NCBI RefSeq assembly: GCF_009914755.1
Contig: NC_060932.1
Length of the DNA: 64,000 nt
Direction: 5' to 3' (one strand)
From: the human T2T-CHM13v2.0 reference genome, Homo sapiens
Shown: positions 27,368-40,257 of the stretch, one piece after another
Layout: each line of letters opens with the position of its first letter
Numbering within the stretch: the stretch's first letter is position 1
Notes under the pieces: model-generated
Seen by the model: the letters and a program-made list of their open reading frames with translations, nothing else
Databases searched by the model: none
Told to the model about the DNA's origin: nothing
Translations under genes and position numbers: made by a program

Positions 27368-28963
27368 GTCATTACCAAATGTCATCAGTTAAATAAACTA
27401 CGATCTTTGTGTCTGTAGACCAATTGAGGATCCCTCCTTTAGGGAAATAAAGCCAAAAATAAGTGTTCTATTTCTCAAGAAGTCTTCCTGCCTTTTGCAT
27501 AGTCCAATACACATGCGTGCATCTCTCATAGCACTTGGCACTTTCTGTAATTCTTGGTCCCACTAGACTGGAATCTTCTTGCAGACATAACCAAGTCCTA
27601 CTTGGCTAGGACCATCATTTCTGGAAGTGCCCAGTTTCAGGTTTCCATAGGACTTTAAACAACTTACCACAAAAATTTATGTGACCATTTTATTTCATTG
27701 TTTTATTAAATACATAGCTATACTTCTTTAACTTAAAAATATAAAAGTACATTATGATTATTTCTTTAATTCAGATGCCCATGAGGGAAGCATGTAGAAC
27801 TGTCTTTTCAGTATGTTTTAATGTCACAGGTGAAAGAAGAATCTCATAAATTCTCTCACATTTTAAAATCAGAAAGGGACGGTTGACTTCACATTTGCAG
27901 AATCCTCTGGCTCCATGTTCCTGAAAGTAATGACAACTGAATGTGTAGAAGTCCTGAGGGTATGCAGATGCCTGTCGTATTTGAAATACCCACGGCTGCC
28001 CCTGAACTTGCTGCATCAATGGAGCCAAGTGTCAAGTCGACTTGGTGCCCGTTTTCATATGATGGGCTGGTTCGACTCCCCCAGGCTAAGAGGCATTTAA
28101 TCTGTTTCCCTTTTGAATTAAGTGTTTATATAACTTGACGTTTTAAAAAATAGGCTTTGTCTTCCCCAGTGCCTGTCATTTTCTATAATACTCTGATTTG
28201 AACTCTAGCAACGGACATCACTGTACCTCCCTGAGTACCAGACTTTCTCACAGCATAAAAATGAAGTTGTGTAACTGTGAGGACACATAGTACCGTTTTG
28301 GACCAAATTACCAGTTGACTTAAATCCTCTCATAACAGCCAATGTTGAAGTTGCCATAAAAAGAAAAGTCTTACGTACTTGAACTAATGCCATTTCAGTC
28401 CACGATGGAAAACTCCTTCCAGCTGATACCAGTTTTAGACACTGAAATCTCAGAAGGTCTAAGTCTTATAACTATTTTAGTGAATGTAACTGGTAGTTTT
28501 TTTTCACGCATAATAAGCTAATCTGTTTGCTGTAATAATATTCAACATCTGCAGGTGCCACATGTTAAGTACACATTGCAACTACAAGTGTAGCAACTTA
28601 CTAAAAATTTGATATCCTCAAAAATTCTCAAGCCCAGACATTCAAATGGAGAACCTGGCAGTTTCTTGACTTTCCAAGGCTAATCATCAGGGAACTTGAA
28701 TGCAGCTTCATTGTCATGGTTCATCCTCCCATTGATAGTTACATGCTTCATTCTATTTCATTTCTATTTCTTACTGTTTCCTTCTGTAATTTCAATATTT
28801 CCATGTGAGATGATTAAACACCACTAACTTTCTATTCCAGTGCAACTTGAAGTTCGTTGTTTGTCAGTGATTTGTGATGAGATAAATACAGAAATGGGCA
28901 GTAAGCATTGATATATCACAGTATGATTATATCTGCTGAATCTAATTTTTAAAATTGGAAGCT

Positions 28964-29408
<445 letters not shown>

Positions 29409-29744
29409 CCCCATTCCAGAGATATTTGGTTAGTGGGAAGAATGGACAGGTTCCCATGTTTCCCACCTGAGAATATAGTTTGTTGTTATTTGTAAAATTT
29501 AGTGTGAAAGTTCTTCTCCTCCAATGTTCTATAACATTAACTGTCTAACATTATGCCAACATCCAAGAATTATATTTTGGGATAAAGAGGCATTTGAATT
29601 CTAGGCTTGTACCCACCAAACTACTCCCCACAAATAAAGTCATTCCATCTCACGTACATAATTTCACAGATTATATAAGACAGCTTTTATATTTCTATAA
29701 TTGTATTCCATATTACTGGTTTTAATTCCTAATTTGGCATTATT

Positions 29745-29860
29745 AGTGCTAAATATTTTATTATTCATTATATTTTAATTATTATTTAATTATTTATTTA
29801 TTTATTATTTTGTATTATTCATTATATTCATTTATATTTTAAAATATATTATGTATTTTC
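29745..29860. repeat. AT-rich low-complexity tract
   Basis: Degenerate (TTA/TAT)n, almost no G or C. Confidence 0.85.
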
Positions 29861-30161
29861 TAATATGCAAGATTTTTTCCAAGAGTATGAACTAAGAACA
29901 AAGCCTAGGTCTTTGAAAAATTTTAAGTCCAATAATAATACTGCTGGTAACGTGAGTCTCATGAGTTTTGTTTTGTTTTGTTTTAAGGATTTGCTCATGA
30001 TAAAATTATATAACTTACTTTTGATAATGAAAAAATAAGATATCGTGATTATCATAATATTGTGATATCATTAGCCTGTGACAGCTGTCTTCTGGCCACC
30101 AGTCTTAGCTGCCTTGTCTAATTTGAACAAATGAAGAACAATTAGGTGCCCTTTGCCTTAC

Positions 30162-30206
30162 CTTCTCTCGTTTGCTGCGGGCCAGTTTGCAGTTACAGCC
30201 AGACAT
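30162..30206 (-). CDS. Candidate first coding exon of an unidentified gene or isoform (MSGCNCKLARSKREK, phase 0)
   Basis: Minus strand reads tccaccATG TCT GGC TGT AAC TGC AAA CTG GCC CGC AGC AAA CGA GAG AAG|gtaagg: Kozak context, open frame, strong donor, unique sequence. Confidence 0.45.
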
Positions 30207-30720
30207 GGTGGATGATATGTGTGTCTCTGTGTTTACATGGGAAGGGTGGGCAGGGCTTGGGAGCATGAACTTCCCACAGCACTTTTCTTACCCCAGTTTG
30301 TCTCTGTTCTTTGAACAAAGTGGAGACCACTCCTTTGGTGCACGGATGTCCTTTTGCAAAAGCACTCCTGTGACACCTCTTGTGTCTGAGCGTATACCTG
30401 CTGATGTGAAGTTCTGTCCTTCCTGTGCTCTTGTACAAGGTTCTCAGGGGCTCGAGAGACTGTGCCATACAGGGAGCATAAATCCTATTGTCTGTCAACC
30501 TGCACGTCCACCTCACAGCTGGGGAGAGGGCAAGCTCTGTGTTCTAAAAAAAGCAACAACTCCCTGTACAAATTGTCAGTCATTTGGCCTCAAATGGGTC
30601 CCAGGCTCAGAAATATATAGGCAGTTCGTAATATTCCAGAAATATTCTCAGAATGACTTAAAAGTTAACCAGTTTAACCTTATCTGTGGACGCCTGCTCT
30701 CCCAATAGTCACAGAGTTGT
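30207..30720 (-). promoter_or_regulatory. Putative non-CpG-island promoter / 5'UTR
   Basis: Repeat-free and more GC-rich than flanks; FOX motif TGTTTAC (30230-30236), CTTTGAACAAAG (30309-30320), second donor GGG|gtaaga near 30292, TATATA near 30614. Confidence 0.3.
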
Positions 30721-33359
30721 AGTTTGGGCTGGATGTGCCCTGAGAGGAAATAAAAGGAGAAGCAGAAAGAGAAAGAACCAGGGATGGGAGAGAGTACCAA
30801 TATTCCTTGTCTCTGTCATTCCCTGCATTCAAGAACTATCAACCCTGCTTATCTAAAAATCAGCAAATTATCCTAAATCTGGATTTCCCTCAAACATAAT
30901 ACTGTGCCTTAGAGTTCGACATTGTTTTTTCATTTCTTAAACTACAGGAACACTTATATCAAATCGAACATGATTCCAAATATAATATAGAATGTTTATC
31001 TTAAGGACCAAATGATATATTTACATTGGGAAAGAAAATAGAAAATCGATATCAAATTTGAGCATTTTAATATTATCTGCTGTCCCCATGAGAAGAGAAA
31101 TAATTAATTGTATCATAACTACATCATGAACTATTAAAGGATATGGAAGTACTCTAGGCCTAATTTAATTTTTGTTTATTCTTCAAAGGTTATTTCTTAA
31201 AATATCCTCTTGCAGACATGCAAAGCCCTTTACTTTGCATAAGGTGGCTAGGACAAAGACTGGCTTTTAGAGGCAAATCAGTGAGTTTGCATGTGAGACG
31301 TGCCATATATACTCACAAATATATCCCTTTCTTCTTGTCTCTCCAACTGGAAGCCCTCCTCAGTATTCAGAAATACCAGAGTTTATATACCGTGTGCATT
31401 TGTCCTGTTTATGTATTCCTGAATTTTATAAAGAGAAATCTGCCTTAATCGATCATTCTAAAGACCAAAAATAAATCCATGATGTAGTAGCAGTTCTTAG
31501 TTAACAACAATTTTTTTAAATGTGTATGGAAACTCTTGATCAAAATATTCTGAAAGATGGAGACTTTTACATAGACAGACATTTTTAAAAAGTGTTCTCA
31601 TATCTTCCCAAAGATAGCAAAATAAAGGAAAATAAATACTAATTCATTAGTATGAGTCATTGATAAGCATATTTTTAAAAAATACTGAATTGTATTACCT
31701 TTATTATCAATCTGGATCAAGCAACAATTAATGGTAGTGGTTGTTTTCAATTTAAAAAGTTTTAGAGCATCTGTATGGCCATCTTTTTCTCATTAAGAAG
31801 GTAAAAGTACACTTTTAATTAATAAAACAAACAGTAATAAATTAATAAATTATTAATAAAATAAAATAGTTAATAGAATAAATAAATACCTTATTTGTTC
31901 AATTTATTGAACTCTATGTTTCAAGCTCTTAAACTGATATTTTTCCTCTGACAACAAGGGCACCTACATTTTTGTCAAAATTAACTGTAGGTTATTAGCT
32001 TAACTGTATTAAGCTGAATCTTTATAAAATTTAATAATGATAAAACTTCATCATTATATGCCTGTATTCCCTTACCTGTAAAACAGGTTAATAACATACC
32101 AAGTTTAGAGGAATCATTTGAGGACTAAATGATATAATCAACATTAAGTAAAGAACAGTGTTTGGCATAAAGGCAGTGCCCAAAATATGCATACAGTTTG
32201 TTTGATATAAATAACTATCAACCTCTCTTATCATCTCCCCACTATTTCCTCCAGTTTGGGAAGGAAATGAAGAGATAAATATTTCACATTTTAATGAAGT
32301 AGAAGAGTCTTTAACAATGTGTCTTCTACTTAGCAGCCCCTGTCAGCATCAGAAATTGTTTGCTTCAGTAATTTTCTTCTCCTGTTTTAGAAATAAAATA
32401 TCTTCTTCAAAATTAGGGACCAGGTATTTAAATAAGTATAGAGTTTACTTAGAGAGTGACCTGTTTGTCCATGTTCATGATTATGTGACTATGACAAATG
32501 CTATCCAAGATGACAGATTTTTAAATATTAATCAAGTAATCTAACAAAATGTGCATTTAAAAAAAAGAGAGTCTTCTTAATCTATATTGGACATCTCCTC
32601 TGATTCATTCATGATCTTATGTTCAAAGGAAGAGGTTTCTTTAAACGATAAAGGTAGAGCCATCAGCAAATTAAACAACAGTACCAAATACCTACTCTTT
32701 TTTTTTCTGGCATGATTTTTCTATTGTCTAATTCACCTCATCAAATGTATTTCCTAAAACTGACTTTTGACACATCAGTATATTCATAATCCCTGAGTGA
32801 ATCACTGACAAAACTTTGGTCATTATTTAACAGAGCCAAGTTATTCCAGCAATTTCCTCATCCTGATTACTTAATGCTTTCTGCATCTGTTATGTATTTT
32901 CCAAGACCTCTTGCAAATCTGGTATTAGTTGCACAAGGTGACACATCAAATTAGTAACAGAGATAGAATATAGATTGAGTTGAATCAGGGTCCTCGGCTG
33001 TAGCCCATGAACCGCACTGAGAAAGTGATTTTCCTAAAGCGATTTAGTAACTGGTACTTGCAGAGTCATCTATTGGAGGCAGATTGGTGTAACCTTGTCA
33101 GGAGACGAGATGAGAAATCTGATGGTTTTTGAAGTTTCCCTCCTTGCTTTCCTTCCTCTATTTTTACGTCCTTCAATAAATATTTATTAAGGGGTTTCTC
33201 TGTGCTAAGTGCTTGGGCAAGAGTTCAAGAGTGAATCAGATGTGGATCTTGCCCTGAAGAAGTTTATAATCTAGCTGGGAGATAAAGCAGGCATAAGGAG
33301 GATGCATGTGCTGAGTGGCCTAAGAGTTGCATAAAGTAATAGGATAATTCGCAAGCAAG

Positions 33360-33545
33360 AGATGATTTCAGTTCGGGGAATTAAGGAAAACATTAATCTC
33401 TTGGAGAACTTGATAAAGACAACAGACCTTTCTCCAGAAAAATATAACTCCCATTATGTATATAATCTCAAAGAGCTCATGGCACCACTGGAAGTGGTGT
33501 TGGGGGGTTATGATGTGGCTAGACCCTGGGTTAAGAATCTCTTTC
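33360..33545. mobile_element. hAT-Charlie MITE (MER117-like) within an L2 fragment
   Basis: gagaacttgataaagac...ctccagaaaaat...accctgggttaagaatctct. Confidence 0.45.
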
Positions 33546-34492
33546 TTAGAGAATGTGTATTGGACTAGAGCCTTCAAATCAGGTAGGATTTGGATGGGAA
33601 AGGTATAGTGGAAGAACCCGTGGATGGAGAGAGCAGCCTGAGGTCACCTGGAGTAAGTACAAGGATCTTCAGAAACAGCCCCATTCTGATCTTGGATTCT
33701 GCTGTATTATCTAAGAGCAGGTTTTCTGTATAAATCATTCTGCTAACTTTAGGGACCTTTATGAACCATGGACATGCTAAAAGTTTCTCATTTAGATAAA
33801 ATTCATTTTCATCCATTATTGTTTTCCTCTATGGAGAAGGGTGTATTTTTTCTATATGCTAGTCTTTCTATGGGAAAGGCAAACAAAAAAGAATGGCTCT
33901 GTGTAATTAATTTGTTGTTTTTCAAGATCACTTCTGCATTCTTTTAAAATGGAGTTATCCTCCCAAGAAACTTTGCTACTTCATATTATCCGTCATTCAT
34001 ATGCAAGACTAAAAAGTATCGATCACAGCAAATTACTATTTAATCAGTGTAAATATCACTACTGCCTTATTGTTGAAGCTTATTATGCTGTCCTTTGCCA
34101 TTATTGGGGGTGTTTCAAAGCCTATAATCAAAATAAACAGACTGGTACAACAACTACTAAATGAACAATTCTCTTTCCATAATATGTGAAACATGCCTTA
34201 GCCTTCCTGTCTTAGGAAAGAGTTGGATAACAGCCAGCTCCTACAACTCTGGTGCAGATTGAGATAATACTTGTAAAATGCTTGGGGAAAGCCTCAGATT
34301 CATAGTAAGCACTCAGTAAGTGTCATCATCGTCATCATCATCATTAATTAATATTTCTACTTTTACCTGAGATATTATCTATGTCTTTTCATTACCTAAT
34401 TCTCCAACTAAATGCTGCTCACATGCTATTCAACAAAGATTTTACCTAGGGAGTCATCGCTCCCTAAAAATTGGACTTATATTAGAAATAGC

Positions 34493-34683
34493 AGCAAGGT
34501 GCAGTGGCAGGTGCCTTTAGTACCAGCTAATCACTACTTGAGAGGCTGAAGCAATAGGATAGCTTAAGCCCGGAGTTCAAGGCTGCAGTGAACTATGATT
34601 ACACCTGTGAATAGCCACTGTGCTCCAGCCTGGGCAACAAAGTGAGGCCTCAGTCACTAAAAGAAAACAGAAAAAAAGAAAAA
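34493..34683 (+). mobile_element. FAM (fossil Alu monomer)
   Basis: Single arm keeping the 7SL-type segment cctgtgaatagccactg, followed by an A-rich tail. Confidence 0.8.
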
Positions 34684-34840
34684 TAAATAGGGTCCACTAT
34701 TCCAGAAAATTCAATTTCAGAGAGTTAAAATTAACTGAACAGATAATTTGGGAAGCAGTTATTCTCATTAAAAAAATGATTTTTTTTCTAACATGAAGCA
34801 GCATTTGAATTACAGTTTCTTTCAATAAATTCCTCTAAAA

Positions 34841-35014
34841 CTAGTTTTCTAAGTCTGATTCTTTTACCAGCAGCATCAGCATCATCTGACAGTTGTTAGA
34901 GATACCAATGCTGGGCCCAATCCCAGGCCTTCTCTATCTGAAATTCTGGGATTGGAGCTGAGCCACAAGCCCTCCAGGTGATCCTGATGTAGTGAGGTTT
35001 GAGAATCACCATTC
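34841..35014. mobile_element. MER5A-like hAT MITE
   Basis: accagcagcatcagcatca...acaagccctccaggtgatcctgatg...gtttgagaatcacc. Confidence 0.75.
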
Positions 35015-35015
35015 T

Positions 35016-38000
35016 GCAATCACACAAGAGAAACAAAGAAAGGGCATTCAAATAGGAAAGGAAGAAGTCAAACTACCTCTCCTCACTAACAATATGATTC
35101 TATACCTAGTAAACCTTAAAGACTGTCAAAAGGCTCCTGGAACTGATAAACGACTTCAATAAAGTTTCAGGATACAAAATCAGTGTGCAAAAATCAGTAG
35201 CATTTCTGTATGCCAATAATGTTCAAAATCAAGCAAACTCAAGCAAAATCAAGAATCCAATCCCATTTGTAATAGCCACACACACACACACAAATACCTA
35301 GGAATACATGTAACCAAGGAAGATCTCTAAAAGGAGAACTACAAAACACTGCTGAAAGAAATCATAGATGACATAAACAAATGGAAAAACATTCTACATT
35401 CATGGGGTAGAAGAATTAATATCATTAAAATGTCCATACTGCCCAAAGCAATCTACAGATTCAACACTATTCCTATCAAACTACAAACATCATTTTTCAC
35501 AGAATTAGAAAAAACTATTCTAAATTTCATATGGAACTGAAAAAAGAACCAGAATAGCCAAAGCAATCTTAAGCAAAAAGAACAAATCCAGAGATATCAC
35601 ATTACCCGACCTCAAACTATACTATAAGGCTACAGTAACCAAAACAGCATGGTACTGGTTCAAAAACAGACGCATATACCAACTGAGCAGAATAGAGAAC
35701 TCAGAAATAAAGCTGCACACCTACAGCCATCTGATCTTCAACAAAGTCAACAAAAATAAGCAATGGGGAAAAGACTTCCTACTCAATAAATGGTGTGGGA
35801 ATAGCTGACTAGCTATGTTCAGAAGAAAGAAACTGGACTTCCACCTTTCACCAGATAAAAAAATTAACTCAACATGAATTAAACATTTAAATGTAAGACC
35901 GCAAACTATAAGAATCATAGAAGAAAACCTAGGAAAAACCATGCCTTGGGAAAGAATTTATGAGTAACTCCTTAAAAGCAATTGCAACACAAACCAAAAA
36001 CTGACAAGTGAGACCTAATTAAACTAATGAGCTTCTGCACAGCAACAGAAACTATCAACAGAGTAAACAGATAACATACAGAATGGAAGAAAATATTGGC
36101 ATACTATGTAACTGACAAAGGTATGACATCTATAATCTATAAGGAACTTAAAGAATTCAATAAGCAAAAAACAACATCATTAAAAAGTGAGCAAACTAAT
36201 TTACACTTCCAACAACAGTGTAAAAGTGTTCTTATTTCTCCACAGCCTTGCCAGCACTTACTGTTTCTTGACTTTTTTAATAATTGACATTCCGGCTGGT
36301 ATGAGATGTTATCTCGTTGTGGTTTTGATTTGCATTTCTCTAATGATCAGTGATGATGAGCTTTTTTTCATATGTTTGTTGGCCGCATAAATATCTTCTT
36401 TTGAGAAGTGTCTGTTCATACTCTTTGCCCACTTTTTGATGGGGTTGTTTGTTTTTTTTTCTTGTAAATTTGTTTAAGTACCCTGTAGATTCTGGATATT
36501 AGACATTTGTCAGATGGGTAGATTGCAAAAATTTTCTCTCATTCTGTAGGTTGCCTGTTCACTCTGATGCTAGTTTCTTCTGCTGTGCAGACGCTCTTTA
36601 GTTTAATTAGATCCCATTTATCAATTTTGGCTTTGGTTGCAATTGCTTTTGGTGTTTTCATCATGAAGTCTTTGCCATGCCTGTGTCCTGAATGGTATTG
36701 CCTAGGTTTTCTTCTAGGGTTTTTATGGTTTTGGGTTTTACATTTAAGTCTTTAATCCATTTTAAGTTAATCATTGTGGAAGACAATTTGTGGCGATTCC
36801 TCAAGGACCTAGAACCCGAAATACCATTTGACCCAGCAATCCCATTATGGGTATATACCCAAAGGATTATAAATCATTCTACCATAAAGACACATGTGCA
36901 TGTATGTTTATTGCAGCACTATTTACAATAGCACAGATTTGGAACCAACCCAAATGCCCATCAATGATAGACTGGATAAAGAAAATGTGGCACATATACA
37001 CCAAGGAATACTATGCAGCGAGAAAAAAAGAATGAGATCATGTCCTTTGCAGGGACATGGATGAAGCTGGAAGCCATCATTCTCAGCAAACTAACACAGG
37101 AACAGAAAACCAAACACCACATGTTCTCACTCATAAGTGGGAGTTGAACAATGAGAACACATGGACACAGGGAGGGGAACATCACACACCAGGTTCTGTT
37201 GGGGTTTGGGGGGCAAGGGGAGGGAGACCATTAGGACAAATACCTAATGCATGCAGGGCTTAAAACCCAGATGATGAGTTGATAGGTGCAGCAAAACACC
37301 ATGACACATGTGTACCTATCTAACAAACCTGCACGTTCTGCACATGTATCCCAGAACTTAAAGTAAAATTAATTAATTAATTAATTTAATTTAAAAAGTG
37401 AGTAAAAGACATGAACACACACTTCTTACAAGAAGACAGACAAGTGGCCAATAAACATATGAAAAAACGTTCAACATCACTAATCAGAGAAGACAAATCA
37501 AAACCACAATGAGATACCATCTCACACCAGTCAGATAGCTGTCAAAAAAATAAACAAATAACAAATGTTATTGGTCAAAAGTCAAAAAATGACAAATGCT
37601 GGCAAGGCTATAGAGAAAAGGGAACACTTATACACTGTTGGAGAGAATTTAAATTAGTTCAGCCTCTGCGGAAAGCAATTTGGAGATTTCTCAAAGTACT
37701 TAAAACAGAGCTACCATTTGACCCAGCATCCCATTTTTGGGTATATATCTAAAAGAAAAAAAATCATTCTACCAAGAAGACACATGTACTCACACATTCA
37801 TTGTAACACTGTTTACTATAACAAAGATATGAAATCAACCCGAGTGTCCATCAGGGATTGGATAAAGAACATGTGGTACATATACACCATGGAAAACTAC
37901 ACAGCCATAAAAAAGAACAAAATCTCGTCCTTTGCAGCAACATATAGGTAGCTGGAGGCCATTACTCTAAGCAAATTAACCCAGGAACAAGAATACCACA

Positions 38001-38260
38001 TGTTCTCACTGATAAGTGGGAGTTAAACATTTGGGTACCCATGAACGTAAAGATGACAACAATAGTCTCTAAAGACAACTAGAGGTGGGAGGGAGGGGAA
38101 CAAGAGTTGAAAAACTAACTGTTGGGTGCTATGCTCATTACCTGGGTGATGGCATCAGTCGTACCCAAGTCTTAGCATCACACAGTATACCCATGAAATA
38201 TACCTGCACAAGTACCCCCTGAGTCTAAAATAAAAGTTAAAATTATTTTTTAAAAAAAAG
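35016..38260 (+). mobile_element. 5'-truncated L1PA16-type LINE-1 (host of nested L1)
   Basis: Degenerate ORF2 3' half and 3'UTR (gttgaaaaactaactgttgggtgctatgctcattacctgggtg...gtaccccctgagtctaaaataaaagtt); sequence resumes collinearly at 37407. Confidence 0.9.
36196..37392 (+). mobile_element. L1PA8-type element with 5' inversion (twin priming)
   Basis: 36196-36771 antisense, 36772-37392 sense with 3'UTR (cattaggacaaatacctaatgcatgcagggcttaaaacc); TSD aaaaagtgag(c/t)aaa at 36182-36195 and 37393-37406; tail converted to (TTAA)n. Confidence 0.92.
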
Positions 38261-38659
38261 AGAGAAAATGACCACTTGAACACATTTCAAACCAAAACCA
38301 AACAGGCACTGTTGGTTACACATTTAAAATGTTATTTAACCATTTTCTTTACACTTAATAGTCAAGAAATTAACCAGTTACATAAAAGCAAGCACATCTC
38401 ATAGCAGTGGACGTCATTTAATGACAAAATTATCTATTCATAACACCATCCTCTAGCATCTTCATTGCCCTGCTTTCCACAACATGTTGATACTGCAGAG
38501 ATGCAGTATGAGCTGTGGTATTTTACCTTACACCTGTCCCTTTATGTAGATTTTTTAAAAACTTTCCTCTACTTCCATTTTTTTCATACTTTCTAGATTA
38601 GGAAAGAGGATAGGCTGGAGTAGGCAGAATTATCATTATCAATACTATTTTTAAGAAGT

Positions 38660-39065
38660 TATCCTAAGGAAATAATTATGCATGAGTTCAAGTGTACAGA
38701 GATTCAGGTATAAGGACATTAATTGAGGGTGATTATCATAGCAAAAAATGGGAAACATCTAAATGTCCAATAGTTGGGGGAATGGTTGAGTGATTTATGC
38801 AACACACATAAAAGGAAAAATTGCGCAACCATTTAAAATTATATGGACATATCATTATTTATTAAGTAGAAAAACTTACAAAGCAGTACTTTTTCATATA
38901 GAATAGATATGTAATATTGTACATTTGAACATCATGTATGTTATCCAAAACATTAACAATGATTATTTTTGAAAGATTAAGATTACAGGAAATTTTAGCT
39001 TTCTTCTTTTCAATTAGGTGTATTTTCTAAGTTATCTACAATGATTATCTTAACTTAGGAAAGAA
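38660..39065 (+). mobile_element. Ancient L1ME-type 3' end
   Basis: catagcaaaaaatgggaaacatctaaatgtccaatagttgggggaatggttg...; AT-rich 3'UTR. Confidence 0.65.
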
Positions 39066-40257
39066 AATACTTAGCAGAACACAAAACATCAGACAAATTC
39101 ATCTTCATCTCTGTCACTGATAATGAAGCCAAAATCCCACCCCAGCACTATGTCACAACATGATCTTCTCAGAGGATGCACATACCAAAACATAAATTAA
39201 CTTTCCTGGGTTCAAATTCTGTGCCAGCTCCTTTTTGAGGTTGGAGGAACTCGCTCAGCATTGCTCTCATTTCCAGCGAACTCAGTTTCTTCCCTACCCT
39301 CCGCTTGTCATTTTCCAGGGAACTCCCCACTGAGACCAAGACATAGAGGAGTTTCTGAACATGAGCAGCACTGCTCATCTTAACACCAAACAAATTGTGC
39401 CAGCAGTATGGAGTCTGTACCAGTATCCTAAAATTATAAACATGCTCTATAGGTGGCCTGGTTTTGTTTTCATTTTGTGTTATGTCCCCCAGAGTCTGGA
39501 AAATAGGACATGAAGTCAATTACTTTGCTAGTGGCCATTCAGAAAGCTTGGATTCCTTGCACATTGGAAAGGAGGGGAGGGCTGACCTTATCAGACCCAA
39601 ACTGTCTCAGACCACCACTCTTGGAAGGAAAGAAATAATGTGGAAATATTGAACCATGATGTTCATATAATTCAAAAGTCAGCTTCCACCAGGAATCTGC
39701 TAGAAAAAAATAGTGGACTTGAGCTGTTAAATGTTGTGGTTTGTTTAAGGGAATCCTTTCAGCCTGGCTGACAGCTCTGGCAGGAAGTTGTGATGTGGAG
39801 CTGCTATTATACCTTAGAAGAGGCTCTGGAAGCAGCTGTGTCGCCAGGTGTTAGGGGAGAATGCCAGGTGTCCTATGGATTTCCAGGGATCCACTCCCCG
39901 TGGCATGTCTTTCCATCTGCTTTCTGTGCACTGCGTCTGCACTACCCTTCTGCACAGTGACCTGGACCCACCTGCAGACTGACAAGGAGCATTAAGGGAC
40001 CACTTCCGCAGCCCATTTCTATTAAGAAAGCTTTTAGGTTTGTTTTTCATCTTGCTGGAGCAACAATTGAGAGCTCTTATGTAAATATCAATGAATGCTT
40101 AATCAGAAGGCCAGCAACATCAGCGTATAGAAATTAAAGGCCTTTTCTTTTCCTAGCTATGCCATTTTCTCCATAATTCTAAGCTCAGTCTGGTGCAATT
40201 GGGAGGCAGGAGTTTAACCATCAGCTTACACAGAATGTTACAAACACTCCCACTATT

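Noticed and set aside
27771-28660. piggyBac-like transposase on the minus strand
   Set aside because: Only vague fragments (KW..RLFFLW, Cys-rich end); no TTAA-flanked termini or catalytic motif found.
30172-30708. 178-aa plus-strand ORF, the longest outside the L1
   Set aside because: Starts at TTG, has no recognisable domain or splice framing, and is explained by local GC content; the opposite-strand signal is more specific.
35721-37951. Several ORFs resembling hypothetical primate proteins
   Set aside because: All are sense or antisense readings of L1 fragments.
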